A stretch of DNA of 64,000 nt from Cirrosporium novae-zelandiae (taxonomy: Eukaryota). Location of the stretch: assembly GCA_026023565.1 (NCBI GenBank), contig JAPETS010000032.1:248001-312000 (forward strand), read 5' to 3'. Shown here piece after piece: positions 11,732-21,661 of the stretch. The position numbers and the translations under genes were made by a program. How positions within the stretch are numbered: position 1 is the stretch's first letter; each line of letters begins with the position of its first letter. Under the pieces are notes generated by a model. The model searched no databases. It was not told the DNA's origin and saw only the letters and a list, made by a program, of their open reading frames with translations.

Positions 11732-13278
11732 TTATTTCGTAATTAAAGCAGAATCATTCAGAAGGTCTAAGAACCATTGTTCATAAACCGTGGTTGCCCA
11801 AGTGTATACTCGGGCGAGAACATTTACAATGGATATAATGTCGACGAACGAAAAGGTACTGAAGACTCTTAGAGGGCCTTGGATGATCTGGGTTTGAATG
11901 AGTTGGCTGTTTCTTCAAGTATTCGACTGTCATTGCTTACCACTTTGTCGGCGGTTGGCTTGCTTGCGATATACAAGCTCCATTTATCCCCTTCCACCGC
12001 CCAGACCGGGATAGATTTCGGTGCCCAGTTGACATCACGGCCTACCAATGTTTCATCTGTATGGCTTAGGTTGTATAGCTTGGCGAAACCTGCAGCGCAC
12101 CAAGTGCCGAGCTGAATCTCTGGATTTTGCCCAGCATGTAGTTTCTTGATTTCCAGATTAGAAAAAATTGGTCGCTTTCGCAACATTTTCTCCGTGGTTT
12201 GGTTGACAGAGGGATGATCGGCATCGGACCTCATAATCGCATCTCCTATCAATTGCAGATGGCTTTGGTCGGACACGTTGAGGCAAAAAGTATAATCAAT
12301 CTTTTTTGCAGGAACCGATATACCATTGTAAATGGGAAGCAGGTAAGATGGATCAACCGAGACCGCTTTCCTAACAGGAACCATATTAGTCTCAATAGCC
12401 ATACTCATCTAACGTCCCAAACCCCCATCACATACATATTAAGTATCGCAACTTTATTTCTCAGTCCTGCATATTCAATTGACTTACGCAGGATGGGGTA
12501 GATGACTTCATCGCTCCAACTGTCTTCGGCCCGCTCTTCATCATGACAGGTACTGGTTGCCTGGCGGATCTCCGTGATGAAGGTCCATAGGTCTGGACAA
12601 GAAGGATTGGGGGAATTTAATTCATCATCAATAAATTCGTATCCTCGTAACTGAATTTTCGGCCGGAAATTTTGTAGATGGACCTGTAAATATATTAGCA
12701 TCTTATATAAAGTTATCCTGAGAATCGCATACTTTAAAGCGCAACGGTAACTGATAAGCGACTACGTCCAACTGATCGTATAATTCGGTCGCATCATCTG
12801 GTAGATCGGTATGGGCCTGGAAGCGTATTTCGGGGTAACTGAGATCATAATCGATTTTCCGTTTGATAGAACTTCGCGATCGACTGGTCGTGGTACTGGT
12901 CGTACTCGATCGTTGCGACAGATGCCTTGTGCTTTTCCGTGGCCGTGGAGTGATGTTAATGTCCCCATTCTCTCCTGTGCCTGTGCTACTCGGCGACGGT
13001 GATGTTGATATAGGATCCAAATCAATTGGCGCTTGAAGTACGGGGGATGGTGAATTGTGATCGCTCAGCATGCGACGCTTGGATGAAGGACCCATTGAGG
13101 ATAAAACTGAAGCACGGCGCTTCTTTGGCGACGTTGGGTGAATCTGAGTTGGTGAATCAGAGCGGGCCAGATGACTGTCAATAAGAGTGTTGGAAAGGTT
13201 GGAACGATGTTGCTCCTGTTCTTGTTCTTGTTCTGGAATGGAAGAAAGCCACTCCTCAACTTTTGAAAAGGGTGGCAT
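11732..13278 (-). CDS. PD-(D/E)XK nuclease-like protein (fungal PDDEXK_12 type), 4 exons
   Basis: Disordered Ser/Pro-rich N-terminus, then CHDEERAEDSWSDEV, KKIDYTFCL, SVNQT...LRKRPIFSNLEIKK, QLGTWCAA and WAVEGDKWSL. The last exon ends WATTVYEQWF...K*. All introns are canonical. Confidence 0.82.
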
Positions 13279-13636
13279 TGAAAAACGCGTTAAAAACGAA
13301 TTTGAACTTGGACAGCATGATGAATAGCATGGTCAATATAATCAATAATGAAGACGGTGAGGGTTCAAGGATACAATCGGACCGGGAGACGGAAGACGGA
13401 GGACGGACGTCGGAGGTTGGTACCTAGCCGGCATGTGATACCTAAAACTGACTAGTGTGCTACCATTGTTATGGATGCCAAGCTACATCCATGCCTCAGG
13501 CTTCAGTTGAACGTGACGTCATGACCTCACTTTATATAGATCCCTGAGCTCACCCCTTAGATTCTAGACCTCAATCATCAATATCCACACATCAGTCATA
13601 CACCTAGCTGTCGTGACAACCATCTTACCCATCCAT

Positions 13637-14545
13637 ATGACCACAAATTCCCAATTGAAGGAAATTTCTCTTCAAAATGCCATTTCTGAATTCAACCAGG
13701 GGCTTTTCCCCTCGTTCAACGCTTGCGCAAAAGCACACGGAGTCAGTCGCGTGACATTGCAGCGGCGACTGCGAGGGGCTGTTGACCGCCATAAAGCCCA
13801 TGAGGAACAACAGCTTATAAGCGCCATACAAGAAAAGATGATATCTGGATGGATAGTTGAGCTAGATGGATGCGGTCACCCCCTTAGTTATGGAATTTTC
13901 AAGCAGTTGGTTGCGGTTCTAATTGAATTGAACGAGACGTCCCCCAACAAAACAAACACACCAGGAAAACGCTGGATTTCACGTTTCCTACGGCGCAACC
14001 CCGAAGTTAGATCTAAATTCAGCTTTAAGACCGCAACCACCAGGGAATCCATCATGGCCTTCCTAGATTCTCCCGGCTTATATGACCCTCGGAGACACCA
14101 TGAGAAGGCTTCCCCCGCCTCGCCAGACTTTACAATACCTAAAAATAGCGAGGAATTTTGCCAATCAGTCGAAAAATTGGATTCTATCTATGGTGAGGAT
14201 AGAGCTAGATTGGTTAATAAGATCATGGAGTGGTTTGAGATATTGATTGCAAAACAAGCTTTCAATATTGTGAAAGGGGCTTACCAGAAAGCACTATTGA
14301 GTGATATGCAAAGCGAACGACGTACCAAGATCAGGGTAGACCCAAAGGTTCGACCTGCAGACATGATATGGACTGAGGAGGCCAAGGAGAAATCAAATGA
14401 AAACCCCAACGAGAATGCCCTTAGGGAGTTACAAAACCCCCCGAATGCTCAGAATAATAAAGCTGAGGAGGAGGCTAAAAAAACGTCTGAAGGTTTATTA
14501 AGGTCTAATATGGAAAACTGTATGTTCCAATTTCAATTGGAATAG
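13637..14545 (+). mobile_element. Fot1/pogo-family transposase derivative: HTH_psq plus CENP-B HTH fused in frame to the transposase C-tail, DDE domain missing
   Basis: CAKAHGVSRVTLQRRLRG...AHEEQQLIS..QE..WI..L...GHP...GKRWISRFLRRNP is the Fot1/pogo DNA-binding region. It is followed directly by a coiled-coil/RRTKIRVDP tail with no catalytic core. Confidence 0.8.
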
Positions 14546-14576
14546 TATATAATAATTCTAGGAATATATATAAGGT

Positions 14577-14664
14577 CAAGGGAGGGTCGCATGTTTAAAG
14601 GCGTAGTCGCTTAATGCTGCGCTCTGTGTAATGCACCTTTAAACAGGCGACTGACCTTCCCTTG
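14577..14664. repeat. Imperfect inverted repeat (hairpin); probable TIR remnant
   Basis: caagggagggtcgcatgtttaaagg (14577-14601) pairs with cctttaaacaggcgac-tgac-cttcccttg (14636-14664). It lies about 30 bp after the transposase-derived ORF. Confidence 0.65.
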
Positions 14665-14912
14665 GGCGTTGTGTTGGAAATGGTCCAAGGTTTGGGAGGG
14701 TTTTGCTAAGTCAAGAGGTAATTACTTGTTGGATGCCATAAATACCAAAGTTGGGTTCAAATTCCCAAGAGCGCTAATTAGTGATTGGTCATACTACTGG
14801 TATCAGTGTTCTTTTGTAATTAACTTCATACTGGTACTGTGACACGTGCTAAGTTCCCCTCAATATACATGTACATGTACAAGCGCATAAGCTCAGTAAT
14901 TCTAGTAGTGCT

Positions 14913-16430
14913 CTATAATATCCTCTTCCTCGTCCATTTCCACGTCGCGTTTCTCGCTTTCAAGTACTCCTTGCTCTCGATAGCCTTGCGGATTCCCCAC
15001 ACCCCACCTATGGGCCAGAAGGAGAGGTACCTGAGCAGCCGTGGTTCGCGGAATGCCTTTTCCTCGCTCTCAGCATCGACCTTCACCTTGTCGTAAACGC
15101 TGGGTAACGACGTAGCATGGTACTTCGCACGGAGATTATCGTACCACCGGCGGTCGAACATTTCCCAGAATTCATTTTCTGAGTAATATGTGTGTGCATA
15201 TAGCCATTTCATACCGCCGAGCTCGCGGAGCTTATGTTCTAGACGGCGGTTTGCAGCTAAGGCAGTAGTGCGGCCTGAGGGGCCAAATCCCCAAAGGCCA
15301 ATGTTTAGCATGCCTTTCTGGGTCTTGCCATCCGCTTCCATCTCGGAGGAGTGGGGGTGCATGGTTGGCAGTGGGCTCTGTTTCAAGGGACAGAGCCAGA
15401 GTGGATAGATTCCAAAGGTGGCGTCGGTGAAATCAACAAACTCCTCGGCGGTGGAGTAGGGCAAGGCTAGATCTTGAACAATATACTGTTTCGAAAATCC
15501 ACTAGCATTTAGAGCTTTATACAGCATCCGTGTATGCAAGAAGTCATCAAGGAACCAACGGGTTAGGTTATTGAATGGGAACATGAAGTACTTGAACGCA
15601 GAGCGACCGACCCAGAACCCGCCACGGTCATAACGGAAAAGATATTCAGCAAGTGGGATTGTTTCTGTAATTGGGCTGGTACTCCTGCTGACTGCGTTTT
15701 GTACGTGCAGGTAGAACCAAGGATCACTAGGACCGCTGAAGGTTTGGACCTTGGAGCAGTCTTCAATAGTGTCTATCGACTGACCTGTAATGATTGCACC
15801 TTTAGATTTGGAAAAAAGAATTCCATCGACATAGTCGATCTCAGGATCCGCCATGACCTCTTTTAATTTTGGTATGGCCTCGGCCATACCACCAGATATA
15901 GGATGGAAGGTCGCTTTAATAAAAGGCTTCGCTTTTTTCAGCTGCAGCTCAACAAGAGTCGTAATACCCAAGCTTCCAACAGCTCCAGCTGCGCCATGAA
16001 AGAGGTCAGCATTTTTATCATTTGAGGCGGTGACTACTTCGCCGTTGGCAAGCACCATTTCAATGGAATTGATAGTGCGGTTAAAAAACCCGTACTTGAA
16101 CGAGCTGCTTTCTCCAGATGTACCCGAATAACCTCCCCCGACAGTTATCCCGGGGAACTCCATGACGACAGGCGGAACTAAACCATGCTTCATGGTCGCT
16201 TCTACCAGACGATCCATAGGAACGTTGGGTTCCACCAAGGCCGTCCGAGCTTGTGTGTCGATTTTCAAGACATTTGATAGTAAGCTTGTGTCAACCATTC
16301 TTGTGCGCTTAAACATGGAGTCACGAGTGCTATTAGTAGAGCCATGAAATATCCGAAACGGCTCCTTGCGGTTATAGAATGTCCGTACATTGGCGGCAAT
16401 GGCGGCGATGACTCTTTTGTGACGCTCCAT
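14913..16430 (-). CDS. FAD-binding oxidoreductase, delta(24)-sterol reductase (DHCR24/DWF1)-like, intronless
   Basis: 505-aa ORF with VEPNVPMDRLV, EFPGITVGGGYSGTSGESSSFKYG, YLFRYDRGGFW, IYPLWLCP and GGMKWLYAHTYY. Confidence 0.9.
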   Translation of the reverse strand: MERHKRVIAAIAANVRTFYNRKEPFRIFHGSTNSTRDSMFKRTRMVDTSLLSNVLKIDTQARTALVEPNVPMDRLVEATMKHGLVPPVVMEFPGITVGGGYSGTSGESSSFKYGFFNRTINSIEMVLANGEVVTASNDKNADLFHGAAGAVGSLGITTLVELQLKKAKPFIKATFHPISGGMAEAIPKLKEVMADPEIDYVDGILFSKSKGAIITGQSIDTIEDCSKVQTFSGPSDPWFYLHVQNAVSRSTSPITETIPLAEYLFRYDRGGFWVGRSAFKYFMFPFNNLTRWFLDDFLHTRMLYKALNASGFSKQYIVQDLALPYSTAEEFVDFTDATFGIYPLWLCPLKQSPLPTMHPHSSEMEADGKTQKGMLNIGLWGFGPSGRTTALAANRRLEHKLRELGGMKWLYAHTYYSENEFWEMFDRRWYDNLRAKYHATSLPSVYDKVKVDAESEEKAFREPRLLRYLSFWPIGGVWGIRKAIESKEYLKARNATWKWTRKRIL

Positions 16431-17489
16431 GGTGGGAATAGGATATGTCTGCTTTGATGTAAGGCCATGGTTCTCTTGCGCCGTCTTTGTTTCAAGAATA
16501 TCATACCACGATAAAAAATAAAGGATGAAGGTAAAACTCAGGAATTGTTAAACAACCTCCCCATCTAAATATATGTAGTTCAAGCAACGAAACGGGTATC
16601 TACATGCATACTATTTGCTAGCATAGCGCAAGATATGTAGTGAAGATCATAAAAACAATAAAATTAGCGACATAACATTCCAGATTAAATTTAGTTTAAT
16701 CTTTCTTTTAACGAGCAATAGCATACTAAATAGAATAGTCGTATTGTATCTGTATATACTAACCGTAAGCGATGATGATGATACTTTCGACGGATAGAAA
16801 TGAAAGCAACTAGCTTCCTCAGATTTTGGAGAGATCTTTAAGTCGATTTTTTATTAAAAGTTGACTTGCCCTTTCACTTGATAGGTGCGATATGATGCTC
16901 ATAGTTAGGTAATTAGGATGTCATGTTCTAGGGTGATTGTTGAGCTTAGAGCCAAGTGATCGTAACAATACTGTAGTATTAATTACAACGAAATTCCCAG
17001 TTAAAATACAGGCACCGAAAACCCTTATGTAGAAATATTATCTTATCTTATCTTATCTTATCTCTAAGGCTAGTTTATCTATTAAGTCTAAAACAAAATT
17101 GGAAATTAGGGTGTAAGACAACTTTGCAACAACAACAACAACAACAATAATATTCAGAATATTTATATGTACTTGGGTACATAGCCCAAGAGTCCTCTAA
17201 AACTATTGTAATTATCTCTCTTGATTACTCCTACTCCTCCTCTTCCTCCTACTACTAACCACCACCACCAAACCCTTTTCTGTTCGCTTCCTCATTCAAA
17301 ATTCAGCACTACTAATACTAATTTAATCTTGAAAACAATAACGTTGATAACAGCAACAGGTTATGCGTAAGTGTGTGTGTTTGATTTTTTCGATGTATTG
17401 ATTTGCTGCTGCTGCTCTATTTTGTTCTTCTGTTCTAGAGCTAGAAAATTGAAGGGTTCGAGCAACTGATGAAGATGGAAAAACCACCA

Positions 17490-18228
17490 CTACCACCAGC
17501 ATGTAATACTATTATAGAATAAGGTTAGTGTGTGTGTGTATGTATTGTGGACCAAATATATAATGTTTTTAGAACCCCCCCCCAAAAAAAAAACATGAAG
17601 GTAAAAAACTTACACGCAGACACAAAATCCCCATATATCGCAAGAAGCTGAGGTTTGAATGTGTTTTCCAGCACAGAGAGTGTTGGCCTTGCTGGTGCAC
17701 TGTTTTTTGTTGGCGAATATGATGGTTATACGTTAGCCCCGTGTACATATATAAATACACATACACACTCTCTTTCTCTTAACGAAACAAAAGAAAAGAT
17801 TGGATCGACAAACGTACCCAGCTAGTGCAGGAAAAGCGTCTCTGAAGTCTACGTTTCGTGTCATCGTTGGAACACATGCCGGTTTCTTGGGATTTGATCG
17901 TTGTTGTTGTGGTGGTGGTTACGCTGCTGGTCTCCGTTGTAGGGCTTGCGGCTGAGCTGGCTACTAATGTAGTTATTGTTGTTGTTGCTGTTGGGCCTGC
18001 GCTCAGCGCAGTTGAACTGGCTGTCAACGTAGTAACCATGGTGGTAGTAGTCGTCGTCGTCGGGGTGACCGTGTTAGAACTAGCAGTTGAGCTGCTGGTT
18101 GCACTAACGGTCAACGTGGTAGGGGTCGTATTAGTGCTAACAGCAGTCACTGCCGTAGCAGAAGGCTTAGTAGCGGCCATGCATGACGCAAAGAATATGA
18201 ACAAAGATAAAGTAATTGAAGTCTTCAT
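17490..18228 (-). CDS. Secreted protein: signal peptide, Thr/Ser mucin-like stalk and C-terminal 8-Cys defensin-like domain (3 exons)
   Basis: Exons 18228-17818, 17699-17614 and 17508-17490, with GTACGT and GTAAGT donors, CTAAC branch points and YAG acceptors. The C-terminus reads GMCSNDDTKRRLQRRFSCTSWCTSKANTLCAGKHIQTSASCDIWGFCVCVITCWW*. Confidence 0.78.
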
Positions 18229-18769
18229 TTTGGAAAGAAGCTTGCACTTTGATATGTAATTTTCTCTTGGTTGCTTATGACTCCCGAATCGTTCTTGTTT
18301 TAGGATCCTGTTTGTAGTGGTGCTGAAGTGCTTTGTGAACTTCTTCAACGAAAAAAAAAACAACCGACGATACTATTTTTTTTATAATCTGATCAGATCG
18401 TGCTGGTATAAGACATATATAATGAATGTTATGGAAATATGTATACAGCAGCCAGCTCAGACATTTTGTGAAACCTAAATTTGGAAATATTTATCTGGTA
18501 TGGAACCCCCCTTACTCGATTTTGTTCGTTTGTTATGCTATATAGTTTTAATTTGCTTTTTCATGACCGATTTTAGATCAAATATGGCCTTTTGGCGTCA
18601 CCTAGGTCTGATGAAGGCACTTTTTTGTTACAAAAGTGTTCTGGTAAAGGAAAACCTCGGCTAGATCTAGAGTCAAACCAAAGGAAAGAGAGAGAGAGGA
18701 ACAGGATCAGGTGAGTTTAGGATATTTAGAACATTGCTAGCATAGGGGCTTATAGAGAGACATTCAAGG

Positions 18770-19288
18770 GAGACGCAAAAAAAGAGCGCTCCCGATTTGA
18801 AAGTCGGACAAGCACGGTATGACAAGGATTCCTGAGCACTGGCACTTCCCGGTAAGCCCCCCAGTTCTCCGTCGCCGCCGTTGAGTTACCAAACCCACTT
18901 ACACCCTATCTTAACCGAAATCAGAAAACCCAGGATTATATAACGAAGCCCCAAAAATTAAAATTTTGAAAAAAAAAAGAAAAAACATACTGTAGCAGAG
19001 CATCTAATACCAAATTCCCTCATGGCGTCTTCGATTAGCAACAGCTCCATCGGTTGCTTCGGGTGCAACGCAGAAACCGGGCCCTGAAGATGGGATTGGG
19101 AATTCCGTCGAGTATCCATCGGTTGGGGTTATAGTTAATGTGGGAGCTAAGGCCTCCTTCGTGGTCACCGGACTCGGGGTTTCTGTATCAGCAGTCGGCT
19201 GGACATCGGATTTGGCGGTTGCTTTAGTGATAACTAGAACCGGCGTCGAGGAGACGAAGAGGAAGAATAAAAGACTTGGAATTTTCAT
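18770..19288 (-). pseudogene. Second secreted Thr/Pro-stalk gene, likely a decayed paralogue of the neighbour (or a short 94-aa secreted protein)
   Basis: Signal peptide MKIPSLLFFLFVSS, T/P-rich stalk, GFC...NRRR, then TAG followed by MLCY and a GTATGT donor. A downstream frame encodes TGKCQCS. Confidence 0.5.
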
Positions 19289-19660
19289 CTTTTTAAGAAA
19301 GGTTGATGAATATTTATTAGTAGTTGGGTAAGTTAGGCGGTAATTGTTTAAAGCCCTTCTTTCTCCAATGGTTTTTATAATGCCGAGAGACTTTATTTTT
19401 TATATCTGGTCAATGCCTCCTACTACAAAGATAGAGTGATATGGAATTAGTAGTTTACACATCCATCACACGGATAATGCGAGGCATCACGTAAACACTA
19501 TAGGCCAATTTGTGTAGTATTTGCTTTCTATTGTACATGTCAATATAGATAGATAATGTTATGGCTTGTTGATATACAGACTACTTACTATCTAGCGTCT
19601 CTCAGGATAGTCTTGTCTATGTTCTTGAGTGGCATATAAAACGCACCACGAATTTCCGTG

Positions 19661-21661
19661 TTACCCTTCCCCTAGCTCAAGTTGTGATATTAATGCTGCA
19701 GCTTTTTGATCGGATCGATTTGCTTTTTTCAAAAAAATGTGGCTTGCCAAGTCTGAAAGTTCCTTTTCCTTCCAAAGGGGTGATAAAGAATCAATATAAT
19801 TATTGGTCTTGCCGCACATGGGCTTAAGAAATCGCGATCTGTTTTTAACTAGTATACTTGGATTCCTGGGCATCTGCTGCCAAACTTCCACGGAAGTGGT
19901 GTTCTACTAAAGCGAAGAGAAGTGTAAGTCAATTTTTCATCGGAGCATTCCCAACTGTTACTGACCTTAGCCATCTCGTATGGTACTTTTGAGACATGTC
20001 CTCCATCGCCTCAATCCTTTGCCGTTTCCGGGGATATACCTCCTTTCGAATGGAACCGTAGAACACTTGCTATTGTGGAAGATTGTTGTCATATCCTCTA
20101 CAAAAAGCTGCTATGCGCCTTAGGCCATTTTCTAGGTATGAACGGGTCACTTCGGACCTATAGTCTATCTTTTGACCCTAACGGTCTGCAGTGGCATCAG
20201 TTAAGCGAATCACCAATGGTTGGCCAATTGAAGGACCGTCTTTCAAGGATGTACCGCTAAATTCGGAGTCTAGAGTCATTCTTGGTTACACGTTTACCAA
20301 CAACCTCGAGTCAACCTGGATCCCTTTCTGGTGGAATGCCTTTCAGTTCTAGTCAATATTCCGCGGATTCTGCATTACTGAGGCAGTAAACCATTGCTAT
20401 CCTCGAACCGAGATCCATGCTCTACAGAAGACATTGCTGGTTGAGTCTAGCCGGGAAAGTTACAATATACAGGCTGCATAACCCATAAGCAAATCCGTAT
20501 ACAATCAACCCGTTCAGCTTCTGTAAAGTTCCTTACGGCAGCATTGAAACAGGGTTGTCTTTCATAGGAACATTGCGACTTTAAGGTTTTCATACTCTCG
20601 ACCCACTCCCGTGAGGTCAAATAAGGGTCAAGGCGCTTCGTTTCCCAATCGTCGGGTAATTGCTTAGAGACTCCGCAGATCTTGTCTGAGTCTCTGGATG
20701 TCTAGGTTCCACTCATGCAGGGACATTTCTTTAAGCTGCATACGTGAGAGTAGATACCTTGCTTGAGCTCTCTGGTTACTCCCCGAGATGCTACTGTCGT
20801 GCTTAGGTTTAGCCTAGAAATCCCTTACACGGCTGCCACAGCTCCTTGGTCTCCGATGAGAGAGTTGAGTCTGGGTTTTTCCAAGTGCAGAAACTAAGTC
20901 TTTACCAGACCGGCGTCTCATCAAGAGTTTCAAAAACCAGGAGGTCTGCCTTGACCGGTCTAAGGAACCTTGCGTCACCGCAATTGAACGGAACAATGTG
21001 AAGCAACCGAGGGAAAGTACCTGGTAGCATTTCAACGAGCGGGGTGAGAACCTCAACAGACGCTGTTTTCTGGTGGCACCTGTGTCATATCTCGTTGCGC
21101 TGTTTCGACATGGGAACTGAGTTCCTGGCACTGATGAAAGTTGGAAGTGATTAGACCCCTTTCAAAATCGCTTTCCACAGAGGAATCCGTGCGAATATTG
21201 GCATGATAGACATTCTAGCGATGCTGGCTGACCCGTTTTTCTTTTGCAGGCGAGGCCTAGAACCAGAGCTGTGATAGATCGTCCAAACCACAGAGCAATC
21301 CTTGATAATATGGCTGATTTATAATTGAGACTTCTTCTTGATCGATGTATGTGATGTCAACTCAGACGAAGCCCGATGAAGATACGATTGATTTAAGGAT
21401 TTCTAAGAACTCCTTAACTGTAAATCGGTCTTCGTTAATGATAGGAATTTTCTAGGAAATTCCTTTCACTGGCAGTCGAGGACCGGAGGGGATTTCACAA
21501 CGGCCCCAGGTGTAGGATAGAGCATTGTAGGGCGGTTCGAAAACGCCTACATATGTGTTCGGGGCCTCTCTCTAGTATGATAACATCGTGGGGACATGGA
21601 GAAGCCTCCAGGGCCATTGGCGTGGTTGAGCTTTGGGGATACCATTCGGCTGAGGATCCAT
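19661..21661 (-). pseudogene. HET-domain (heterokaryon incompatibility) pseudogene
   Basis: Minus-strand translation from 21661 reads WPWRLLHVPTMLSY*REAPNTYVGVFEPPYNALSYTWGR...VKGIS*KIPII...FV*VDITYIDQ. These are HET motifs interrupted by stop codons, and the downstream frames are fragmented. The 3' end is approximate. Confidence 0.82.

Noticed and set aside
14752..14769. ttgggttcaaattcccaa hairpin resembling a tRNA T-arm
   Set aside because: No acceptor stem, D-arm or anticodon arm could be built around it.
17858..18259. 133-aa Val-rich hydrophobic ORF
   Set aside because: Reverse complement of the Thr-rich stalk codons.
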